A stretch of DNA of 64,000 nt from Vicinamibacteria bacterium (GTDB lineage Bacteria > Acidobacteriota > Vicinamibacteria > Marinacidobacterales > Marinacidobacteraceae). Position 1 is the first letter of the stretch. Each line of letters starts with the position of its first letter. Location: positions 1,760,001 to 1,824,000 of the forward strand of contig OZ219816.1 of assembly GCA_964291235.2 (NCBI GenBank), in the 5' to 3' direction. Under the pieces are notes generated by a model. It saw only the letters and a program-made list of their open reading frames with translations, was not told the DNA's origin and searched no databases. A program made the translations under genes and the position numbers. Positions 10,666-19,675 of this stretch are shown here, one piece after another.

Positions 10666-12258
10666 TCAGGGTGGCGCGTCCCAGGCAGTCCGGTCAGGGA
10701 AGAACTCCGCCAGATTGCGGGGGAAATCGCTCATGCGCCACGCGGTGCCCGCCTCCGGAATCAGGGTGCGGGTGAAGCCGAGGGTCTCGAAGGGCGCCAG
10801 GAGCGAGGGGTCCTGGGAGAAGAGGTGGATGGGGGTCGCCCAGGTGTCGCTGTCGTGGAGGGACAGTTTCGGCGGCTGGTGGTCCCCGATGACGGCCACC
10901 AGCGCTCGGCGCGGGGCGAACTCCCGGAGGAAGCCACCCAGGATCCGGAACTGGTACTCCAGGCTGGTCACGTACCGATCGGAAAGTTCCGCAAGGTCCC
11001 GGTAGTCGTCGTGGGCCACGGAGCGGAGGGGGCCCTCATACGCGGTCCCGGCATCGAATCGACTCCAGGGAGTGACGTAGGGGGGCACCGGCCAGTAGGG
11101 AATGTGGCTCATGATCAGCGAGACCTTCGCGAACAGCGGCCGGGTCGCGTTTGCGATCTCCCGCCCGTGGAGCGCGTAGAGGGTGAACTGGTCCGGCACT
11201 TCCCACCAGCCCATCGCCGGGCCGCGGTAGCCGATACCCTGGCGGTCGTAGATTCGGTCGAAGCCGTACCAGTCGCCCTCGGGCCACGCTCCCTGGATGC
11301 CCGGCTCGAACGCCACCGTCCGGTACCCCGCCTCGTTGAAGAGACGCACCAGGCTGATCCGCTCGGATGCGAGCAGCGCCCGGTAGCGCGCCTCACGCTC
11401 GATCCAAACCCCGGAGAGCAGCGACGCGTGGGCGCGCCAGGACCCACCCCCGAAGGTGGGGCTCTGGATCTCGGCCGAGCGGTAGTCGAACCCCCCGGCC
11501 TCGGCATCCCCGGCCCATTGCGCGGCGGCGGCCTCGAGACGCGGCCGCCGGTCGGAATCCTCGAAGGCCGCCACCCCGTAGGACTCCACGAAGATCACGT
11601 AGAGGTCCGCACCGCCGAGATCGGGAACGCCAGGAAGCGGCGGCGTCGTGAGCGCGGCGGGAGGGTCCGCGAGCGGCGCGACCGCGAGGTCCCAGGCGGA
11701 ACGGAAAGCGGACCCGCCCGGCGGGGATAGCGGCGGGAGCAGAAAGAGGACGGCCGCGGCGCCCGCGGTCGCGAGGCGGCCGCGTCTTCCCAGGCGGACG
11801 CCAGCGCCAGCCAGGACTCCGAGGGACCAGGCGAAAAAGGCGGCCATCCCGCCGAGCACCACTCCGCCGGCGGGAATGACAACGCCGAGGGTCAGAGCCG
11901 GATGCACCGTTCCGAGCATCTCGGTCACGTTCCCCAGATGCGGAAGGTCTCCCGCCGGGTCCAGTGGTCGGCCAAGGAGTTCGGTGGCGATGAGACCGGC
12001 GATCCGGGCGGACGCGGCGAGCAGCAGGCCCACCCCCAACACGGCTCGCAGCCACCGGGGCCAGTGCAGCAGGCGGTCCGGCAACAGGGAGGCGAACCCC
12101 ACGAGCAGGAGGAGGTCCGGAGCGATGGCGATTCCCGGGCGCAGCCACGGCGCCCCGGAGGTGACGGCAACCGTGAGCAGCAGGTTCAGGCCGACGAGCG
12201 CCAGCAGGACCCGCGGCCAGCCACCTTTGTTCGTTTCCGTAGCCGTGCGGTCGTTCAC
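10666..12258 (-). CDS. Membrane-anchored sulfatase/alkaline-phosphatase superfamily protein
   Basis: N-terminal TM helices; IFVESYG, SPTFGGGSWRAH, SHIPY and IGDHQP motifs. Confidence 0.8.
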   Translation of the reverse strand: MNDRTATETNKGGWPRVLLALVGLNLLLTVAVTSGAPWLRPGIAIAPDLLLLVGFASLLPDRLLHWPRWLRAVLGVGLLLAASARIAGLIATELLGRPLDPAGDLPHLGNVTEMLGTVHPALTLGVVIPAGGVVLGGMAAFFAWSLGVLAGAGVRLGRRGRLATAGAAAVLFLLPPLSPPGGSAFRSAWDLAVAPLADPPAALTTPPLPGVPDLGGADLYVIFVESYGVAAFEDSDRRPRLEAAAAQWAGDAEAGGFDYRSAEIQSPTFGGGSWRAHASLLSGVWIEREARYRALLASERISLVRLFNEAGYRTVAFEPGIQGAWPEGDWYGFDRIYDRQGIGYRGPAMGWWEVPDQFTLYALHGREIANATRPLFAKVSLIMSHIPYWPVPPYVTPWSRFDAGTAYEGPLRSVAHDDYRDLAELSDRYVTSLEYQFRILGGFLREFAPRRALVAVIGDHQPPKLSLHDSDTWATPIHLFSQDPSLLAPFETLGFTRTLIPEAGTAWRMSDFPRNLAEFFPDRTAWDAPP

Positions 12259-13400
12259 GAGAAATTCGGGAGGGGCCGCTCCAGGCCGAAATGCCCCATG
12301 CGGAAATGGCGGTCCAGTGCCTCGAGGCCGAGCAGGAGATGGGCGCCGACATACAAGAACGCGTCCCCCGGAATGCGGCCGGTGGCGGCGTTCGAAACCA
12401 GGAACGGCGAAAACGCGCGAAGCCCGGTGTCGTCCTGCCGCCGGACGCTCATCTCGGTCAGGGTCCCCCAGATTTCGATCCCGGGACGCTTCTGCCGCGC
12501 CGGCTCGCCCGTACGGCCGTAGTACGCGAGCCGGAGACCGGGCATCCGCTCCCGGCAGAAGCCGAGGATCCGGGCGGCAACCTCCGGTGCGCCCTCGAGC
12601 GCGGTGGACGCGATCGCCGCGGCGTTCGAGGTCTGGACGATGTCGTTCGGCGAATACAGAAGCGTTCGCCGATCGTCAAAGAGGGTGGCCATCTCCGGCT
12701 GGAACACGTCATAGACGAGTCCGGCCGGGCTGCGCGCCGCCCGGAGGACCTCGTAGCTCCGCGCCGCCAGGTCCGCCAGATCCTGCCGACCGGTATCCCG
12801 GGCCACCTCCGCCAGGTAGTCCGGGGCGTAGTCCACGAGGAAGGAGTTCGTCGCGAAGTCCCGGCTCCCGAAGTTGAAGTAATTCCGGATGAGCAAGAGG
12901 CCCGCGGCCTCGCTCGCGTGCCGCGCATAGCCATCCAGGATCGCGAGCGCCAACTCCCGGTCCCGGGGGTCCCCGAACACCCGCGCTCCCTCCCAGAGCC
13001 CCTGGGAGACCCGGAGCGCTTCGGTGGTCCCGGAAGCGTCGGGGGCGTCTTGATCGTCCACCGGCGCCGGCGTCCGGCGCCACAGCACGAAACCCCGGGT
13101 GTACGGATCGTCGGGATCGTCCACGATGAGGCGGCGGACCGCGAAGTCCCGCAGCGCCCGGTACATCTCCCGGTCTTCGAGCCGGGCGGCGACCCGCAGG
13201 AGTTCTCCAACATCCACGGCGTAGGCGAAGCCGTTCGCCCGCGCGAAGTCGCCCGCCAGCACCCTGCCCCGCACCTCGCCGTGGAGCGCGATCAGCGCTT
13301 CCCGCGTCGCCGCCGCACCCGGCCAGGGGGCGCTCCGACAGGAGCCGCCCACGAGGATCGCGACGAGTCCCACCATCACCGGGACCCGGTTCCGCCGCAT
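12255..13400 (-). CDS. Hypothetical lipoprotein, possibly an (alpha/alpha)6 glycosidase-like fold
   Basis: Lipobox-like GGSC; overlaps the next gene by 4 nt; the fold assignment is a weak guess. Confidence 0.55.
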   Translation of the reverse strand: MRRNRVPVMVGLVAILVGGSCRSAPWPGAAATREALIALHGEVRGRVLAGDFARANGFAYAVDVGELLRVAARLEDREMYRALRDFAVRRLIVDDPDDPYTRGFVLWRRTPAPVDDQDAPDASGTTEALRVSQGLWEGARVFGDPRDRELALAILDGYARHASEAAGLLLIRNYFNFGSRDFATNSFLVDYAPDYLAEVARDTGRQDLADLAARSYEVLRAARSPAGLVYDVFQPEMATLFDDRRTLLYSPNDIVQTSNAAAIASTALEGAPEVAARILGFCRERMPGLRLAYYGRTGEPARQKRPGIEIWGTLTEMSVRRQDDTGLRAFSPFLVSNAATGRIPGDAFLYVGAHLLLGLEALDRHFRMGHFGLERPLPNFS

Positions 13401-13733
13401 CCGTCCGAGGATAGCCGGAAGGCGGACCGGCAGTCCGACTCCCAATCCGAGGAGCGCTGGCCTCCGGCCGGCATCGTTCCCCGCAGGGGAGCGAAACTCC
13501 GGTCGTCAATCTTCCTCACGTTCCCGCCACCGATCACGTCGGCGAAGGCACACGGGCGCTGCGCCGCCCCCGTTTGGGTGGGTGCTGTGCGGCGGATGCA
13601 ATTCGTGCGTCTCGCGGCCTCCGGCCGCGATGCCGGTCTGGAGACCGGCGCTCCTGGCCTCGCTCCCCGGTCCGCGAGCCAGCCCCTACAATGGGCAATT
13701 CCCCGGTTCTCCGTTTGGGAAGGAGGCTGTGAA

Positions 13734-16700
13734 GTGCGTACTTCTGCCCTTGTTCTGAGTCTTGTCGTTCTTTTGGGAGCCGCCGGTCCGGCGGTGGCGC
13801 AGCCGGAATCGCTGGCCGCGCTCTACGAGTTGGGCGGGGCCGTCTCCGACCCGAACGGCGACGGCGTCGCCGACCGGCTGAACGCCCGGGTCGTGCTGTC
13901 TGGCTCGCCCTCGGCAGCGGAGGTCGCGATCGCCGCTGATCTGGCTGCCCGGCTCGGATTCGAAACCATGGCCCTCAACCTTCCGATGCCCACCGACGCG
14001 GAAATGGAGATCGCCGTGGGTGACGAAGCGCTGTCCCGACTCGGGATGAGCGGGATGGGTGACCTCGCCGCCGGGTGGGGGGCCGTGGAGCTGCACACCG
14101 CCGGAGACTCGGTGATCGTCGCGGTCCGCGGCGGTGACGATGCCGGCCTCGCGGCCGCGGCCGCATGGCTCGCTTCGCGGGCGCCCCACGTCTTCCGCAC
14201 TGACGGCGAATCCCTCTCGGATGTCGAAGCGGCCGTGTTGAGCGCTGCCGGAGACGCGGCCATGGACGCCCACACGATACGGGTCGAGGTGGAGGCCGGC
14301 GCCCACGCGCTCGCCGCCGCTGAAGTGCGGGTGGGCGCGGCCGACGGCGCCGCCGCCGGCGCCATCGCTTCCGCGGTGGAATCCGCCGGGGACGAGCTCC
14401 GCTTCGACAGTCTGGCGACCCTCCGGGTAGTGGCCGCCCATTCCGGCGGGGAATCGGCCGCTTCGGTCAGCCACGACCCGCCCGCCCCGGATGCGGGCCC
14501 CGTCCCCGGGCGGCCGGGGTCCGGCTCCAAGAACGATCTGGGACTCGCCGTGCTCTACGAGCCGAGCGGGCTGCTCGGCGATTCCAACGGGGACCGCATC
14601 CCGGATCGGCTCGATTCGCGGCTGGCGGTGACCGCCGAGGATCCCGGCGGGACCGTCGCGCTCGCGGCGCGCCTGGGACTCGAGTCCTCGGGAATGGACT
14701 TCCCGGTGGCGACCGCGGCCGGCGACGTGGACGAACCGGGTGGGCAGCCGACCCTGGTGGTCGTCGGCACCGCCGGTGAGAATCCGCTGCTCGCGGATCT
14801 CGCGGTTCCCGATCTGGGGGCCGGCGAGGGCTTCGTCGGCGTGGTTCCGGAGGCGTTCGGCAAGAAGCACGCGCTGGCAATCACCGGCGGCGACCAGGCG
14901 GGACTCTCGCGGGCGCTCTACCAGACCGCGGTGGGCCTGCCCCACCTCGACGCCGCGAATCGCCGGAAGGACCATCCGACGGTGGACGGGGTTGAGTTCG
15001 CGGCCTGGAAGTTTCTCTCCCAGCGAAGCCCCGGGGGCCAGGCGGCGGCCGCGCTTTACAAGCTGGAACGGATCGCCGCCGAGGTCTCCCACCTGGGCAT
15101 CGGAAGCTCGAAGATCCTGGTGTCGGTGAAGGACCCGGCCCCGGGGCTCGACGACTTCGTCGCCGCGGCGGCGGAGCGGCTCGGACTCGGCGAAGCGAGC
15201 GTCGAACTGGACGACCGGAACGTGGACAACGCGGCGGTCATCCACGAAGAGGAGTTCGCGGTGCCGTCCGAGGTCGAGGAGTTCCGGGGGCTCGTGCAGG
15301 AGCGGTTGCTGCCGGCGGTCGGCCGGGGTGACCGGGTCCGGGTCATGGTCCACCTGAGCGAACCCGCCGCCGTGCGCCACTCGCTCCGGGATGAATTGGT
15401 GACCGACCTCCGGGGCCGCGGCGCCACGGTGTCGGACGGCGACGTGGTGGTGCTGTCGGCCTACCGGCAGGGCTACAGCTGGATCGAGGAAGTGGTGCTG
15501 CCGCGGCTGCTGGCGCTCCGCGAAGGCGGGACGCCGACGGCGCGTGTCCGGCTGCTCTTCCGGGAGCACCGCCCACCGGAGGATTGGCCCCAGCAGGCCA
15601 TGCACACCCCGCTGCGCTGGCAACACGCCATGTTCCCCGCCGACGAAATCATGGCCGAGGCGCTGTTGCTCGACCTGGGCGACGTGGGATACGAGCTGCG
15701 CGCCGAGCAGGACGCGCCCGCCTACCAGGTGGTGGCGGAGGACGCGAACGGAGAAGTTCTCCTCAACGAGACGTTCGAGCCGCGGCTGGTCTCCCGGCCC
15801 TTCATGGACCGGTATCCGGATTACGAGTGGATCCAGGTGACCACCGGCGGCATCACCGCGCAGGTGGACGGCGCAACGGTGGTGGACGAGCGGATCCGGA
15901 TGGACGCCGAGGCGTTTTGGGACCACTACCAGTCGGACACCCTGGCGAGGGTTTACGACTACATCATGGAACTCCACGAGGGGAAGCCGCGGGGGCCGGC
16001 GGACGCGCCCTACTTCGGCCAGTTGAAGGTCGTGCTGTCGCTTTCGGAGCCGGAGCGTCGGCTCGGAGTCGAACAGGAGATCGAGTCCACCCACGACGCC
16101 CTCCACGAGGACATCTATTTCGTCACCCACAGCTTCCTGCGGCACATCGGGCGCAACTCGCTGGGGACCGAACTCACCTACGGCGGACGGGTCATCCCCG
16201 AGATGCGCGGGAAGACGGACGGGACGCCGGGGACCGCGCACATCCTCTTCACCGGGTTCAAGACGAGTCGTCCGGCGATCGTCGTGGACTACACGACGAC
16301 GGACGGGACGATGGGAACCGTGCGGCGGAACATCCCCAAGGTAGAGGTGGGCCGGCCGCGCGCGATGACGGCGCGGGTGAGCGCCGGGAATTCCGGGCTG
16401 GATGCTCTTCGGCTGCGCGTCAAGGTGGACACCGACGCGGATGAGCGCGACTACTACGTGGAGCGGCACGGCGAGGACGCCGCCGACGAACGGATCATGT
16501 CCGCCGCGCAGACGACCCGGGTGGTGGAACTGCTCGGCGAACTGCGGGCGGCCGGTCTCTATTCCGACGAACTCGCGTTCGCCGGTCTCGGGGAGCTGGA
16601 AGTCGCCGCGTCCTGGACGTGGGACTACGAGGCGGACACCGAGCGGACGGTCACGCTGGCGGCGAACGGCGCGCCACCCCCCTTCCCCGACATCATGACC

Positions 16701-17876
16701 TTCCGGGGCGAGACCGGCAGCGACGACCAGCTCGTCCAGTGGGACTCCCCGATCTCGCCGCCGGAGGCCTACGGGATGCTGGCGCGGATGTCCGAGTTCC
16801 CCGAAGCCACGGTTTACAAGATCGGCGAGAGCTACCTGGGCCAGTCCACCTGGGCGATGGATCTGATGCCGCCTATGGAGGCAACGCACTGGTCGCAGCG
16901 GAAGGCGAGCCTGCTGAAGCCGACGATCGTCTATAGCGCCCGGCAGCACGCGAACGAGGTTTCCTCCACGTCGCACGTGCTGCGGCTCGCCGAGATGATC
17001 CTGACCGACGAAGAGCACGGGAAGAAGCTGGACACGGTGAACGTGATCGTCCATCCGATCCAGAATCCGGACGGCGCCCAGCTCGCCTGGGACATGCACC
17101 AGTACAACCCCGAGCACATCCTCCATGCGGGATATTGGGGGTCGCTCGGCATCGACTCCACGACCGACAGCGACGAACCGATGCCGATCTATCCGGAGGC
17201 CGAGGTGCGCCCGCGGATCTGGCGGATGTGGCTACCCGACATCTTCCTGAACCCGCACGGCTACCCCGCGCACCAGCTCGTGCAGCTCTTCAGCGAGTTC
17301 AGCGGCCTCGTCCGGGCCGGGCGCCGCACCGAGCGCAACTGGGGCTTCAACAAGGGCTGGTTCATGCCCGGCTTCGACGTGGTGGACGACCCCGAGTTCC
17401 CGCGCCACAAGGCGGCGGCGCTCAAAATCCGCGGCTACATCACGAACGCGATCCAGGCGACCGGACCGGTGGCGGCGATGAACCAGCGCAACTACGACCG
17501 CTACCGCCGCTACGGGATGCAATTCGAACCCGAGGTCTTCCGGATGGACCTCCACAACGGAGTCAACATCGGGATGCCCATCAAGGGCCGCCTCGCGAGC
17601 GCCGCCGGACGTGGCGGCCGCGGCTACGACCCCAAGATCACCATCTGGGCGGCGGGCACCGAGGCCCCGGACGAGCCGGCCCGCGGCGACTGGATGAAGA
17701 TCGTGGCGTCAGCGGGACTCGCCTGGGACACCGCGGTCCTGCAGTACCTGCTGGACGGAGACCACAAGGTCAACCGGAACACCAGCGAGTTCTTCGGCGG
17801 CGTCTCGATCCGGCTGGATCGGCCGCGCCCGCCGGAGGACCCGGAGGAGGAAGAAGAAACCGAAGAAGGTCAGTAG
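13734..17876 (+). CDS. Large secreted M14 family zinc carboxypeptidase
   Basis: GTG after AGGAGG, signal peptide; C-terminal ARQHANE (HxxE), QNPDG and LNPHGY motifs. Confidence 0.85.
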   Translation: MRTSALVLSLVVLLGAAGPAVAQPESLAALYELGGAVSDPNGDGVADRLNARVVLSGSPSAAEVAIAADLAARLGFETMALNLPMPTDAEMEIAVGDEALSRLGMSGMGDLAAGWGAVELHTAGDSVIVAVRGGDDAGLAAAAAWLASRAPHVFRTDGESLSDVEAAVLSAAGDAAMDAHTIRVEVEAGAHALAAAEVRVGAADGAAAGAIASAVESAGDELRFDSLATLRVVAAHSGGESAASVSHDPPAPDAGPVPGRPGSGSKNDLGLAVLYEPSGLLGDSNGDRIPDRLDSRLAVTAEDPGGTVALAARLGLESSGMDFPVATAAGDVDEPGGQPTLVVVGTAGENPLLADLAVPDLGAGEGFVGVVPEAFGKKHALAITGGDQAGLSRALYQTAVGLPHLDAANRRKDHPTVDGVEFAAWKFLSQRSPGGQAAAALYKLERIAAEVSHLGIGSSKILVSVKDPAPGLDDFVAAAAERLGLGEASVELDDRNVDNAAVIHEEEFAVPSEVEEFRGLVQERLLPAVGRGDRVRVMVHLSEPAAVRHSLRDELVTDLRGRGATVSDGDVVVLSAYRQGYSWIEEVVLPRLLALREGGTPTARVRLLFREHRPPEDWPQQAMHTPLRWQHAMFPADEIMAEALLLDLGDVGYELRAEQDAPAYQVVAEDANGEVLLNETFEPRLVSRPFMDRYPDYEWIQVTTGGITAQVDGATVVDERIRMDAEAFWDHYQSDTLARVYDYIMELHEGKPRGPADAPYFGQLKVVLSLSEPERRLGVEQEIESTHDALHEDIYFVTHSFLRHIGRNSLGTELTYGGRVIPEMRGKTDGTPGTAHILFTGFKTSRPAIVVDYTTTDGTMGTVRRNIPKVEVGRPRAMTARVSAGNSGLDALRLRVKVDTDADERDYYVERHGEDAADERIMSAAQTTRVVELLGELRAAGLYSDELAFAGLGELEVAASWTWDYEADTERTVTLAANGAPPPFPDIMTFRGETGSDDQLVQWDSPISPPEAYGMLARMSEFPEATVYKIGESYLGQSTWAMDLMPPMEATHWSQRKASLLKPTIVYSARQHANEVSSTSHVLRLAEMILTDEEHGKKLDTVNVIVHPIQNPDGAQLAWDMHQYNPEHILHAGYWGSLGIDSTTDSDEPMPIYPEAEVRPRIWRMWLPDIFLNPHGYPAHQLVQLFSEFSGLVRAGRRTERNWGFNKGWFMPGFDVVDDPEFPRHKAAALKIRGYITNAIQATGPVAAMNQRNYDRYRRYGMQFEPEVFRMDLHNGVNIGMPIKGRLASAAGRGGRGYDPKITIWAAGTEAPDEPARGDWMKIVASAGLAWDTAVLQYLLDGDHKVNRNTSEFFGGVSIRLDRPRPPEDPEEEEETEEGQ

Positions 17877-18025
17877 CCTGACCCGGCTTCGCCCGCCCAC
17901 GCGGGCGAAGCCAAGAGCTGCTGCGGGACCGGCTGGCACAGCCCGCCGCAGCCGGGCGGCGGGACGTATCGCCGCTAGCGCGGAAGCGCGGGCGACCGCA
18001 AGGGAGCCCCCTATAGGATCGGCGA

Positions 18026-18217
18026 CGTCCTGCGGGAGCTGAGATTCAGCTGCCGTTGTATCAACTCAGGTTGGCCAATCCGCCGGGAGTACTAACTGAG
18101 CCCCGGTGCTGCGAGCACCTACGGTGGACACGTACCCCGACGGATGGCCGTGATGGACGACCAGTGGAGAGTCGGTTCCAATCGAGAACCAGTATAGGGG
18201 CTGGACAGCATCGCGGC
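18026..18217 (+). ncRNA. Predicted IS110 bridge RNA (5' stem-loops, target-binding loop, donor-binding loop)
   Basis: Target loop: GTAC-...GAGCCCC-[GGTGCT gcg AGCACC]-ta-CGGTGG-...-GTAC (18089-18135). Donor loop: CCAG-TGGAGAGTC-[GGTTC caatcga GAACC]-ag-TATAGG-gg-CTGG (18161-18204). The guides match the flanks and element ends. RNA ends are estimated. Confidence 0.82.
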
Positions 18218-18260
18218 GCGGCGGACCTCCGACGGAGCGCAAGCTCGAAGGAAGACAGCG

Positions 18261-19523
18261 ATGAAGCAGAAGCTGAGCTGGTTCGTGGGCATCGACTGGG
18301 GCGAGCAGAGCCACCAGGTGTGCCTGTGCGACAGGCGCGGGAAGGTGCGCGGGGAGCGCGCCTTCGCGCACAAGGGATCGGGGCTGGCGGCCCTGGTGAA
18401 GTGGCTTAGGAAGCAGACGGGTGTGCCGCCGGCGCGGGTGGCGGTCGCGATCGAGCGGCCGGATGGGGCGGTGGTGGCGACGCTGCTGGAGGCGGGGTTT
18501 GCGGTCTATGCGGTGAACCCGCGGCAGACGAGCCACCTGCGGAAGTTCATCTCCCACCCGGGGCACAAGAACGACCGGCGGGACGCCCGGATGTTGGCCA
18601 CCACGCTGCAGGCGAGCCTGGCGGGGTTCCGGCTGCTGGTGCCGCTACCGGGGTTGGTGCTGCGGCTGCGGGAGCGGACCCGGACGGCGGACCGTCTGCT
18701 CCAGGAGCAGGTCCGGCAGTGCCTGCGGATCCGGAGTGCGCTGGTGGACTACTTCCCGCAACTGCTGGAGGTAGCCGGCGAGGCGAAGAACCTGGGGACT
18801 CCGTTCTTCCGGGAGTTGTGGGCTCGGGCTTCTACGCCGGCGAAAGCGCGGAAGGTGTGGTTGTCCACGTTGGAGAAGCTGGTTCGGCGGTATGGAGTGA
18901 CCCGGATCAGCGCCGCGCGGATCCAGGCGTTGTTCCGGGAGCCGGCGTTGGTGATGGCGCCGGGGGCGACCGAGGCGTCGGTGGAGACGATCCGCACGGC
19001 GCTCGCGCAGTTGGAGGTCGTGCGAGCGGAACTCGTCCGGGCGGAGGGCCAGATGACCCAGCTGCTGGACGAGTTCTCGGAGACGGCGGAGGCCGGGGGT
19101 GGTTCGGATGCCACGGGCCTGGATCTGGTGAGCGCGTTGCGCTCACGCCCGGGCGCGGGGGACAAGGCGCTGGCCCGGTTGTTCGCCTGGGGCTTCGAAG
19201 CGCTCTCGGAGGGGAACTACCGCCGTCTGCGCGCCTACTGTGGAGTAGCCCCGATCGAGGACCAGTCCGGCAAGTCCGCACAGCTCCGGCAACGGCGCGC
19301 CGTTCCCAGTTCGCTGCAACACGCCACCTACATCCTGGCGCGGGGGGTCGTCCGCTGGGACGAGAAGGTGGCGGCCTACAACCGGAAGTTGAAGGCGGAA
19401 GGGAAGCACACGGCCCGGCGCCACCGGAGCATCGCGGATCAACAACTCCGGGTGCTGTGCGCGATGGCCCGGAACCGAACCCTCTTTGATCCCAACTTCT
19501 CCCAGAAGCGGAGGGCCGCCTAA
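18261..19523 (+). CDS. IS110 family DEDD recombinase/transposase
   Basis: FVGIDW (D), AIERP (E), KNDRRDA (D,D) RuvC-like domain; C-terminal YCGVAP..DQSGKS with the catalytic Ser. Confidence 0.95.
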   Translation: MKQKLSWFVGIDWGEQSHQVCLCDRRGKVRGERAFAHKGSGLAALVKWLRKQTGVPPARVAVAIERPDGAVVATLLEAGFAVYAVNPRQTSHLRKFISHPGHKNDRRDARMLATTLQASLAGFRLLVPLPGLVLRLRERTRTADRLLQEQVRQCLRIRSALVDYFPQLLEVAGEAKNLGTPFFRELWARASTPAKARKVWLSTLEKLVRRYGVTRISAARIQALFREPALVMAPGATEASVETIRTALAQLEVVRAELVRAEGQMTQLLDEFSETAEAGGGSDATGLDLVSALRSRPGAGDKALARLFAWGFEALSEGNYRRLRAYCGVAPIEDQSGKSAQLRQRRAVPSSLQHATYILARGVVRWDEKVAAYNRKLKAEGKHTARRHRSIADQQLRVLCAMARNRTLFDPNFSQKRRAA

Positions 19524-19528
19524 CGCTC

Positions 19529-19549
19529 TTGCGTTCTCGTGGAAAGTCC
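19529..19549 (+). promoter_or_regulatory. -35 half of the IS110 circle-junction promoter (the -10 TAGGAT is at 18014-18019)
   Basis: TTGCGT (19529-19534) + 15 nt of right end + TA (18012-18013) gives a 17-nt spacer to TAGGAT once the ends are joined. Confidence 0.7.
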
Positions 19550-19675
19550 ACCGGGAGAACTGGGCCGGACTCCAGGCCTGCACAGCCCCCGCCCGAGGCG
19601 TGCGACGGCGCTATTTCCTGGGCCCTGAGCAACGATGGATGCAACATCGCGATGGGGCCGGGGCCGACGTCCAGA

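Larger units (their letters stand above)
18012..19549 (+). mobile_element. IS110-family insertion sequence (~1.54 kb), CC core duplicated at 18010-18011 and 19548-19549
   Basis: No terminal IRs; ~250-bp non-coding left end and short right end; removing the element restores GGAGCCCCCACCGGGAGAACTGG, a motif found elsewhere in the window. Confidence 0.88.

Noticed and set aside
12291-13733. N-terminal 481 aa of the 1861-aa track ORF
   Set aside because: It overlaps the opposite-strand gene; the RBS and signal peptide place the real start at 13734.
13686-17126. 1146-aa antisense ORF and many other long overlapping ORFs (e.g. 1858-3840, 25656-27875, 34583-36388)
   Set aside because: These are shadow ORFs typical of high-GC DNA, lying opposite or across genes with clear family motifs.
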